This document shows positions 53,355 to 64,000 of a DNA stretch of 64,000 nucleotides, piece by piece. The stretch is from positions 34,720,001-34,784,000 of the forward strand of contig OX597830.1 of NCBI GenBank assembly GCA_951406725.2, read 5' to 3'. The translations under genes were made by a program, and so were the position numbers. Origin of the DNA: Octopus vulgaris (Eukaryota). Position 1 is the stretch's first letter. Each line of letters starts with the position of its first letter. Under the pieces are notes generated by a model, which was given only the letters and a program-made list of their open reading frames with translations, was not told the origin of the DNA and did not search any database.

Positions 53355-54650
53355 ATGGATGCCGGCTACAAAGTCCTCCGGAAAAGATCAACCAGCTCAT
53401 TTTCAATTGCTCCGAGGACGTCGCCGCTCTTATCTGCCACTAATCCTCTATTGAACGCCATAGTGGAACATGTCTGCGCATCATTAGCCACAGTACACCC
53501 AGTTTTCAAAGCAGCGGATGCTGAAAAATTGTTCGTCTGACCAGCAGAACTCGCTCCTTCCACAAAATTTGAAAAAGCAGGCGTTCCATTCTCGTCAGTC
53601 ATGAAGCAGGGCAAGGTGCCATGGTTAGGCAATATTAGCTGACGATTGCAATGTAGGCCTTCACCACCTGTGTCCTGTACTTCAAGGATAGTTTCTTTTT
53701 AGCATATTTCTTTGTAAGACCAGGCACCCTACTCATCATCTCATCCCAGTTCTTGTCCATTTGGATGTCTGGACCAAACCGAATACCGAGCAATTTAACT
53801 GGTTCGTCCAGTAAAATTAGACTGTATGGGTTTGCTGAAGGGTCAGTGCTTTCTATTGGGTAATTTTTGCTCTTCGCACGTGTCGTGTTTCCTTAGAGTA
53901 GAATCGATCACTTCGATGTGCTTAGTGCCGACACTGTTATGCTGTCGTCGTCCGCATACGCCAACACGGATCTTCCGATTCCTAGCTCTTGCGGGATGCT
54001 TCTCTAAACCTCCTATACAGAAGGGAAGATAGAGGACAACCATAGCATACTGTTCACATGGTACTGAACGATTCCGACACGTAGACATTTACTCTGAACA
54101 CCGAGCAAATATCGTTGTACACTGCAACGATGCAGCCTCTAAAGACGGAACCAAAATCAACCGCCTTCAGGATAGCTGCAGTATTTGTAACTGAAGAACT
54201 CGCTGTGATAGCAAAACAGATAAAAACCCAATATAAATCAAATGGAATCTCAGAGCTGCAAAATACACGTAAAAGGCATAGCATAAACAAGTGGAGCCAC
54301 GCGTCTCCACTTAATATATGGATCAAAGTTTTGTCGAATCCTGTGATATTTTCTCAATACGTATGAATAAGTCCGTTCGATGCAAAAATGAAAAGTAACG
54401 AAGCAGATAAGCTGATAATAACGAGTGCAAGTATGAAGTCGTTAAGATTTGAAGAACGAAGGTAACTATCAAATCATTAATCGTAGAAACATTAAGATGA
54501 GTGAAGGACAGTATAGCAAAATGGATAGAGAAGATCGATGTATATTGTGAGATGATGGTAGTCAATAGTAGTCTGAGAAAGTTCTGCAATTTTTGGCTGA
54601 GATTATGTGTTTGTGCTGTATATTAGTTCAATCTTCCCATGAAATCAATG
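53355..54650 (-). pseudogene. Decayed Tx1/L1-clade LINE reverse transcriptase
   Basis: Minus strand AAILKAVDFGSVFRGCIVAVY, GCPLSSLLY, LAYADD (53947-53958), PVKLLGIRFGPDIQMDKNW, LFQILWK; many stops and frameshifts. Confidence 0.8.
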
Positions 54651-55094
54651 TTGTCTGAACAGGGGTAGGATGTACCACACCTCAGTTGCCGAAGTGGTCT
54701 CAGAGCGAGGTGAGATGAAGTGTTTTGCTCAAGAACAGAACGTACCACCCGACCTAAGCATTAAACACGCCATCTCACGATCGTAAGTGCGGGTACCCTA
54801 ACCATTTAAGCTATGCGCCCTCAGATTATGAGATATGGCTGATTGAAAGGAGTGTATTTATTGGGAGCATCAAAACTATCAGGAAGGACACTCGATGATT
54901 AGAGTAACTAAAAGGAATGGAAAAGACGAGGAAGAGATTGTTTGACAGCTAAAGCTACTGATTGTAGCCGTATTTAGGCACAAAAGTAACCAGGTTATAA
55001 GATCCATCCACAGAAAAAAAAAAAGCAATGATAATAATACAGTAGTCAGTTGTTTATGTGGTGGGAAAACTATTGTTCTCATCAACACAAAATT

Positions 55095-55245
55095 AACGCT
55101 CTGAGTCCAAATTCCGCCGGGGTCGACCTTGCCTTTCATCCTTTCGGGGTCGATAAATTAAGTACCAGTTACGTACTCGGGTCGATCTAATCGACTGGGC
55201 CCCTCCCCCAAAATTTCGAGCTTTGTGCCTAGAGTAGAAAAGAAG
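55095..55245 (+). mobile_element. SINE family B, 5'-truncated
   Basis: ctgagtccaaattccgccggggtcgacc...core...gtgcctagagtagaaaag. Confidence 0.85.
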
Positions 55246-55247
55246 AT

Positions 55248-55639
55248 GGCTACCACTGTTGCTGGTACAGCTATCAGTGTTGCTGTTGAGCGAACGGTCT
55301 TCATCCTAGAGCTCGCAAGATGGGAGAAGTCCGAAACGTGGTCCTTTGCTATTCGTAAGACCCGCAGAAGAGAAAGCAGGTCAATCCCCGATACCGAGAG
55401 CATCGACGGATGGATGAATGCGCATCCAGGCTCAGCGGTTGCGGAGGAAGTCGGGCACAAGAATCAGGAAGAAAGAGTGAGAGAAAGTTGGAGCGAAAGA
55501 GTACAACAGGGGTCGCCACTACCCACTGCAGGAGCCTCGTGGAGCTTTAGGTGTTTTCGCTCAAAAAACAAACACAACGCCCGGTCTGGGAATTGAAACT
55601 GCGAGTCCACTGCCCTAACCACTGGGCCATTGCGCCTCC
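55248..55639 (-). mobile_element. tRNA-derived SINE with a distinct GC-rich body
   Basis: Minus strand ggaggcgcaatggcccagtggttagggcag (A box), gtttcaattccc (B box), head related to family C but different tail. Confidence 0.75.
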
Positions 55640-57668
55640 ACTTGCTGTTGTTGCTGTACCTGAGATGCATGCCAACCTTACTCGAGGACACCGATGGTTA
55701 AAGATGTTCCAACCGAGGCCATCACGTCTTGTTTGAAGCAAAGTGTATCTAGTAACTACATTATTCAATGCGTCCTTTATTTAAGACGGTCTTGTGATAT
55801 TTCAGAGAGATTTGGCTGCTATTTCTAGCCATATCAGGCTACTACATAGAAAGTCCCGCATCATGATTGTTATTGTTGCTATTGTTGTTGTTGTTGGATT
55901 TGTTGATTTCGAAAACGAGAAATCATTTAGCAACAAAGGAACGAAATAATTTTGGGAATAAAAAAAAAACAAAGTAGAAAAAAAAATTGCATAAAATACA
56001 CTCATGAAGATTCAAACAAGAGTAGCGTTTTTTTTTTACTATTTTGTATATTTTTTAAAGAATTTTTAGCATTTTTTTTAGTCTTTTTGTGAAACTGAAC
56101 TTTAATTAACCATTACGATGTTAAAGGGATCTAACGCAACTATTTTCATTGAATGTCTTTAAAACTGATAACTTTATAACGAAGGAGGAGGAAAAGAAAA
56201 GAGAAGAAGAAGAAGAAGAAAAAGAAATGCAGCGACAACAACAACAATAACAACATTCACAACATCAACAATATTATTAAAATGAAGCTGTTGATTCGTC
56301 ACCCCTGACCCTATCCTAATGCTCCACCCTTCTCGTCTACACGTAACTCTATTCCTATCTCCATCATTACCATTACCATTACCATTAACACCGCCGCCAC
56401 CGCCACCACCACCGACCAACCACCACCACCACCACCACTAGCAGTATCAGATTGCGCATTACACTGGTCCTTCCACACCCTTAACTAAAAATTAATGAAA
56501 CAAAACACAAAAACAATACAAACAAGACACAGGCACTTGACGAAAGTTTTAATACACCCATTAATCATGGGAGTAGGCTAAAGACCATTTCTTTAGCACT
56601 TTCACTTAATTAGTTTGATTAATTTCTCAGAGTTGAATGAATGAATGAAAGAAGAAAAAGAAGAAAAAAATTAATAAATTATTATTTATTTTTATTATTA
56701 TTAAAATGGATATTTTTTGCTTTTCATCCTTGTATTGTTATTTACTAATTGTTTTCTTTTATATGTGTATTTTTATATAACTTCATTCCTGTTCTTTTTT
56801 TTATATTAATAGAAATCTGTATTTCAATTTTCTTTATATTTCCACCTCTCTTTCTCTTTCTGTTTGTCTCTGACTCTTTCTCTTGATGACTCTCTGTCTC
56901 TCTCTGTCTCTCACACACACTCTCTTTTCTCTGTATTTTTCTCTTTTTCGTTTTCCTTTTCTTGCACCATAACTGATGGTAGAAAATTAATTGAGTTAGT
57001 TTTCGTCCTATAACTATTATTAAAGTAACTTTCCAATCAATATTCATACGAAACAGCAATAAACTAAAAATTACAGAGACCGAGAATAAGCATTAACAGC
57101 CAACAAAATACTTCTATAATGAATCACGTAAAAATTAGCGTAAGAGAGGGTTTGACTCGAAAATTTGCTCATATTTGAAACAACAACAACAAGAAAAATA
57201 ATAAATAATAATTTGAAAATATTCTAAAGCAAGTAATCAAAATACCAACTAAAAAATTTTTTTAAATTGAATGTAAATTTAAAAGATTATATTTTCATTT
57301 TTTTTTTTTTATAATTGAAAGTAATCTGCAAAATTAGTGAGAGGTTTAACTTAAAAATGAGATATGTCTGAAAAAAAAATTCATTGTTGAAAGTAAATTA
57401 AAAGAAAATAGTGAAAGGTTTTTAGTTTAAATTCTAAATTTATACATGCCGAATAAAAATGAAAACAAAAAAAAAAATCTAAAAAAAATGAATCAACGAA
57501 TAGCGGAATGTTTAAACTACAAAAAAGTGTGTACATGGGGAAAATAATAACAAAAACAGAAATATATTGAATGTTGCAGTTAAATTAGTGAAATGATTAA
57601 ATACCAACGTCTTTTAAGGAAGTAAAAAGAAAACAGAGTTTACAAACGATATCGAATATCAAAGTTAC

Positions 57669-57698
57669 CTGTAGTCAACACTTCGTGTTTGACTACAG
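57669..57698. repeat. Isolated hairpin
   Basis: ctgtagtcaacac-ttc-gtgtttgactacag, 13 bp with one bulge. Confidence 0.8.
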
Positions 57699-58906
57699 AA
57701 TCGCCCGTAAGTGAACTAAACGAAGAAACTAAAGTAAAGGAATAAATATATATTGTTGTTTTCGTTTACAAAACAGTTTTTTTTATATAAATAAATTAAA
57801 CCGAAAACTTCTAGTTCACATCAAATATGGCAATGCTCCATGTTATTTTTTATGGTCATTAATTTTAAACTACTTTTACTGGTCTGTAAGATGCATTCGA
57901 CGGTTGCTTGTCAGTGAGTTCTCTTGAAATATCTAGATGCTTAGCATGACAGTTTATCATAGATGTCATTAGAAACTTGCCCCATCACCATCCGAATGCC
58001 AAGGTGAATGCGTCATTAGAAGTACGTGTTGTCTTGAACCTTTTGTCTAGAGAAATGATGTTCAAATTTACAGTTGCATCGAAAGAAAACGAAACGCCGC
58101 ACATGGAAAGCGAAATGGATTCAACTGGGAATTGATATCACTAATACCCAACTTGCTGTATAAATGGTACTTTTCCCTCTACAGTACTAATTGTTAATCA
58201 CAATTCAATTTTGGTTGCATAATTATTAGGTTTTAGAATTTGAGAGAAAACCCCTTGCAAAGTTGTGCTATTTAAGAATTTACATTTGTGTTGAGTAATT
58301 TACTTTACTCGGAGGAAATGCAGTGCTCACTTCTGATAATTCACGGACCTACGAGAATGATGAGAAAAGAAGGGAAGAACCCACGACTCAAAATTGATTA
58401 TTCAGCCACAGACTGACTGTACTTGAGCAAATCTATGATCAAAAGTTGTCGGCCATGATCATCTACTTTTTATTATTCCTAAGCGTACATTATTTTGAAC
58501 TTTCTAATGTAAAAAAAGTAGTCCGTAATTTGAATATTTGGTCGATAGTTGTTAACTGTTGAAGCAAATGAAAAGAAGCCTACACTTTTTTGTTGTGTTA
58601 AGTAGAAAAGATGTATAAAAATATTGAATTACGTTTGGTAGTTGGACCAGCGTCAAATGCTCCAGGACTAGCTATGTTAGTGCTGAACCGCACGAGTGAT
58701 TACTCTTACCATCTACGATGTCGGTTGTAATATCAATTAAGAGAAATTGGTCCATGTTGAAATCGAAAATTGATGCAAAATTTTATTTCACCGGAGAAAC
58801 AAACCATGTAGACAGTAAAGAAATCTGAATTGCTCCTCTAACAAAAGCATTAAGTTTCTGTTGCTGCTTAGACTCATGTGAAACATATCTATTATCATAG
58901 ATATTA

Positions 58907-59125
58907 AGGCGGCAAGTTGGCAGAATGGTTAGCACGCCGGGCGAAATGCTTAGCGTTATTTCGTCTGTCGCTACGTTCTGAGTTCAAATTCCGCCGAGGT
59001 CAGCTTTGCCTTCCATCCTTTCAGGGTTGATAAATTAAGTACGAGTTGAACACTGGGGTCGATGTAAGCGATACATCCCTTCCCCGCAAAAGACTGCCCC
59101 TGGGGTAAAATTTGAAATCATTATC
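58907..59125 (+). mobile_element. SINE family B, full monomer
   Basis: ggcggcaagttggcagaatggttagc...gagttcaaattcc...aaatttgaaatcatt. Confidence 0.9.
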
Positions 59126-59347
59126 ACATTGCTTCCAGACTATCACGTCCTTTCCAATGATTTTAAAGAATTGGCCTTCTAATCCTAGCAGGTTGAGCGA
59201 CCGTGTAGAACTACCTGTATGCTACGCAACAGTTACAGTTTAAACATAAGCTGGGATGTATATTTCCCCCGACTACCATTATTGCGTTTACCATATCAAA
59301 CTTTAGATTATGTAGATGTGAAAAATATTTCAATTTATGTTATATTC

Positions 59348-59750
59348 ATCTTGTATCTTTTACTCGTTTCAGTCATTAGACTGCGGCCATGCTGAAGCAC
59401 CACCTTCAAGAATTTTCAGTCGAATGAATTGATCTCTGTATTTTTAATTGTTTTTATAAGAAAGGTACATTTTTGTTTGGCACACTTTGGCCGAACCGCT
59501 ATGTTCCAGGGACATAAACTCACTAACATCGATTGTCCAGTGGTGATAGGGAACAGACACACACACACACAATTATATAAATACACAACGGGATTCTTTC
59601 AGTTTCAGTCTATCAAATTCGCTTACAGGGCTTTCATCAGCCCAAGGCTATGTTAGAAGACACTTTCGCAAGACGTCACGCAGTCGGACTTAATCCGGAA
59701 CCGATTGGTTGGGAAGCAAGCTTCTTACCACAAAGCCGCGCATGCACCCA
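59348..59750 (-). mobile_element. SINE family A, decayed
   Basis: gtttcagtcattagactgcggccatgc...gcaagcttcttaccaca. Confidence 0.8.
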
Positions 59751-61129
59751 TATACCTAACTCCTGCAACTGTTATTCATTTCTTATTTGAACAATTATTT
59801 CTTTGAACCAATGAAGATATCTTACTGATTGGGACATGCCACTTCAAGTACTGGCTAACTACGGTTACAGCATTTGCATGAAGAGCCGTCATCTAAGGTA
59901 TTATTGTGACCTTAAGCGAGTCTCTCATCCTGTCCGTTACATGTCAGTGAAAGAAGGAGGAGAAGAAAAGAAAGAAGAAAAGGAAATGAAGGAAAGGAGG
60001 AAGAAGAAGAAAAATGATGGTGGTGATGATGATTATGATGATAGTCACTGCTTGCACACGGGGTTGTAAATTTTCAATTATATAGTAGTACTTTTTACAG
60101 TAATGATGAAATACACCATCATTTGTTGCACTAATTCAATGATTTTTTCTTTCATTCATTACAAGTGTAATTTTAGTTGATTAAACAATTTTTGTTGCGT
60201 TATGTTAAGTTATTTCTCACTCAAGTATTTCCAAAAGTGAAGGTGAACTAAATCGATGCGACTATGCGATTGAAACATTTGTTTTTTCTTTTTTGCAGCG
60301 TCCAGAAAGGCCAACTAAAAACAAACATTAAAGAGAATCGAAAAGAGATTCAAATTCCTTCTGTAGAAATCCAAAGCCGAATACTTATTTTGTCTGACTG
60401 ATGTACTGAATCCGCCAAAACCTCATTAATGTTTGTTACCTACCTGGGAATAAGACCCAGAAAGTCAGAGGAAATAACTTGTGATTATACAAACCTCCAC
60501 TCAGTAAAAATTGATAGGAATGCATTTGTTTTATTGAGGTTGAAAAGGACAAAATCCAAACTCATTCTCAATAGGATTCGAACATGAAATATCAAGAGCT
60601 ACATATAGCAACCGTATGAAACTCTACTCCGGCCATTCCAACGATTTTGCTAATCCATCACATTTTTTTTCCAGTGTTAAATATATATGCATAATTTTTT
60701 TTTTTACAGTAAAAACTAAATAAATCTCTATAGCAGTGTTCGAAATAGTAAACATAATAAAAATGAAGATAGATGGTCAAGAAAAGAGGGTAACAAGGAG
60801 ATTACAACACAATATAGCAATATAATATAGAACGTACATGAATGAAGTAGAAAAAAAGACTTTGTTAATGTTTTTACAGTTGAGAGAAAAACGTTATTTT
60901 CTTTACCAATAACCATATATCGGCAGTTATCACTTCAAAAATAGTCGAAAAATCAGCTTTATAGGCAATCATAGAATATATTATTCTCTTTCAATGCTTC
61001 CCACTAAATCACACTCATTTTCTTTATCACATTACGTATCTATCTACCTACCTACATAGATATCTTTCCATCTATATGTCTTTCTATCTACCTATAAATA
61101 TATGTATCTATCTACAAAGTAATATCACG

Positions 61130-61134
61130 AATCT

Positions 61135-61192
<58 letters not shown>

Positions 61193-61493
61193 TACATATA
61201 TATATGCATACACAAACATATATATATGTTGATATATATATATGTATATGTGTATGTATATATGTAGGTATATTTATGTATATACACTGTTGACTCAAGG
61301 AATTATCGATCTTCTATAACAGACATCTGTGCTTTTGTATATATTTAACAGTATAACATTCCAAATATTTACATATGAATCATAAGTCAATAAAGCTTTC
61401 AGTGCGTGTATGTAACTAGTGTGAAAATCTAACGTGTACATATGTGTGTACACATATGCGTGCGTATATGTGTGTGTACGTATATATATATAT

Positions 61494-61554
<61 letters not shown>

Positions 61555-61629
61555 GATATATATATTTATACATATACATATATATACGTATATATATACA
61601 TATATATATGTTTGTATGTGTGTGTGTGC

Positions 61630-61661
<32 letters not shown>

Positions 61662-61827
61662 ATATATGCGTGTGTGTGTGTATTAGAATGTGTGTCTGTG
61701 TGTACATATACATAAATGTCTATGTATAAATGAATATGTGTGTGCATGTATATACATATATATATATGTGTATATACATGTATATATATGTTTGTATAAA
61801 TATGTATAATATATATATATACATATA

Positions 61828-61869
<42 letters not shown>

Positions 61870-61902
61870 CGTATATATACATATATGCACATATTAGATA
61901 TG

Positions 61903-61935
<33 letters not shown>

Positions 61936-61981
61936 GTATCTATGTATATTCATATATACACATATACATACACACATACAT

Positions 61982-62033
<52 letters not shown>

Positions 62034-62274
62034 ATATATAATGTTTCTATATACGGCCAACCCGAGTATCATTATATACTGAAGTGACAAGCCACCCATC
62101 ATGTCCATAAATATTTCTATAAATGTTTATCGTCAATGCTTTCTGCTGGCTGAGTAACACACATATCTATCCATGGAACTTAATTCTTCTCTCTCCCGCC
62201 CTCTCTCTCTTGCTGTACCCCTATATATTGTTCATATCGATTTTTATCAATCTTTTTATCTACCTATTGCAGTA

Positions 62275-62337
<63 letters not shown>

Positions 62338-62356
62338 ATATCTATCTATCTATATA

Positions 62357-62392
<36 letters not shown>

Positions 62393-62478
62393 CATATACA
62401 CATATACATACATACATACATATATATACATATGTATATGTATAAATACATATATATTTATATGTATATATATGCATG

Positions 62479-62513
<35 letters not shown>

Positions 62514-62575
62514 GTATGAATGTATACATATATACATACATATATATATATATACATACATATGTATGTATATTA
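61130..62575. repeat. Large (TA)n/(CA)n/(TCTA)n field with short unique islands
   Basis: Direct reading. Confidence 0.92.
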
Positions 62576-62964
62576 TTTGTTTCAATCATTAGATTTCGGT
62601 CAAGCTGAGGTACGTATATGCAATACTATCGTTATATAATAACTCAAGAATCCAATTACCTGAATTTTGATAGATAATTGTTAGTCCACTAAATAGCGCA
62701 CAGAGTTAGTTCGAAAATTCAAAAATTTCCGTCAGAGCAGCAGACAGACAGTAAAACAAAAGCGGCAATTCTAAAAAGAACGACACAACGAAAGACCGGT
62801 TTTCTGCAGCTTTATAAAGAGGAAGGCGCAGACGAACGTATAAAGATGAACGTATAAAGAGGAAGGCACAGTAGAGAACGTATGACTTCGGTAAGCGCAA
62901 AAGTCGAAACATTTCTCAACTTTCTAAACTAATATTTCTTCACAGAATATTTTGGTGTTGCATA

Positions 62965-63280
62965 TCTTCTTCTTCTTCTTCGCCTTTTTCTCCTTCTTCT
63001 CCTCCTCCTCCTCCTCCTCCTTCTTCTTCTTCTTCTTCTTCTTCTTCTTCTTCTTCTTCTTCTTCTTCTCCTCCTCCTCCTCCTCCTTCTTCTTCCTCAT
63101 CATCTTCTTCTTCTTCCTCATCATCTTCTTCTTCTTCATCTTCTTGCTCTTCATCATCATCTTCTTCTCCTTCTTCTTCATCATCATCTTCTTCTTCTTC
63201 TTTTCCTCCTCCTCCTTCATCTTCTTCTTTCTTCTCCCTTTCTTATTCCCCCTCCTCCTCTTTTTGTCTTCCTCTTTCGT
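62965..63280. repeat. (CTT/CCT/CAT)n array
   Basis: Direct reading; poly-K/E/F pseudo-ORFs. Confidence 0.95.
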
Positions 63281-63309
63281 CGCCGTCAACATTAATAATA
63301 ATAACAACG

Positions 63310-63655
63310 GTTTCAAATCTCGGCGCAAGACCAACAATTTTTGATGGCAGCGGGTATGTGGATTACATCGACCGCAGTGCTCACCAATTACTTATTTTAT
63401 CGACCTCTCAAATCGATGAAAAACAAAGTCGACCTAATCGGAATTTGAACCCAGAACGAAAATACCGCTAAGTATTTCGTCGAACTCGCTAACGATTCTG
63501 CCAACTTGCTGCCTAATAACCTTTTCTACTATAGAAACAAGGCCTGAAATTTGGATGAGGGGTAAGTCAATTATATTGACCCCAGTATTCAACTGGTACT
63601 TAATTTATCTACCCCGACAGGATGAAAGGCAAATCGACACCGACTGAATCTGAAC
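63310..63655 (-). mobile_element. Two SINE family B copies
   Basis: Reverse-complement core and head motifs. Confidence 0.78.
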
Positions 63656-63705
63656 TTGCTGCTTAATAAGAGAAGTAAATATCGTTTCAAATTTGGGCTA
63701 ACATT

Positions 63706-63969
63706 TAGGCACAGGAGTGGCTGTGTGTGTAAGTACCAAGCTAACAAACTACATGGTTCCGGGTTCAGTCCCACTGCGTGGCACCTTGGGCAAGTGACTT
63801 CTACTATAGCCTCGGGCCAACGAAAGCCTTTGTGGTAAGTAGCTAGCTTACCAACCACATGGTTCCAGATTCAGTCCCACGGCGTAGAATCTTGGGCAAG
63901 TGTCCTCGGGCCGAGCAAAGCCTTGTGAGAGTGGCTTTGGTAGACGGAAACTGAAAAAAGCCCGTCGGA

Positions 63970-63970
<1 letters not shown>
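63706..63970 (+). mobile_element. SINE family A with tandemly duplicated head
   Basis: tgtggtaagtagc...ggttc...gggcaagtg...cctcgggcc occurs twice (63706-63829, 63830-63970). Confidence 0.85.

Positions 63971-64000
<30 letters not shown>

Noticed and set aside
55560-55639. Functional tRNA genes at SINE heads
   Set aside because: A/B boxes are present but there is no complete cloverleaf, and heads continue into repeat bodies.
62100-62140. Minus-strand uUGACGA...GAAA motif in a TA-flanked island
   Set aside because: Core C3 is missing and stems are marginal; cannot be separated from chance.

Overview
Eukaryotic, AT-rich, gene-poor window packed with microsatellites ((TA)n, (CA)n, (TAA)n, (CATA)n, (GATA)n, (CAT)n, (GGT)n, (CTT)n). 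The repeat landscape looks like an octopus/coleoid cephalopod intergenic or intronic region; this is inferred from the SINE types, not proven. I cannot support any host protein-coding exon, and nearly all listed ORFs are microsatellite or SINE artefacts. Real coding remnants are all from transposable elements: a young 5'-truncated CR1/L2-like LINE RT with one in-frame stop (32.5-34.1 kb), a decayed Tx1/L1-clade RT (53.4-54.6 kb), and six 3' fragments of restriction-like-endonuclease (R4/Dong-type) LINEs sitting in microsatellites. There are dozens of tRNA-derived SINE copies from at least three families, an older decayed repeat family, a ~540-bp (TAA)n-targeted non-coding element, a hAT MITE and a mariner end. 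The most striking signal is four sequence-unrelated non-coding elements carrying minimal type I hammerhead ribozyme motifs. Three are head-to-head palindromes with one ribozyme per strand (centres ~19690, ~36207, ~48957). One is a 436-bp unit with 33-bp terminal redundancy (48213-48681). The 19.7-kb element also has a tRNA-derived Pol III head, i.e. a SINE-hammerhead hybrid. All alignments and foldings were done by eye, and boundaries of decayed repeats are approximate.
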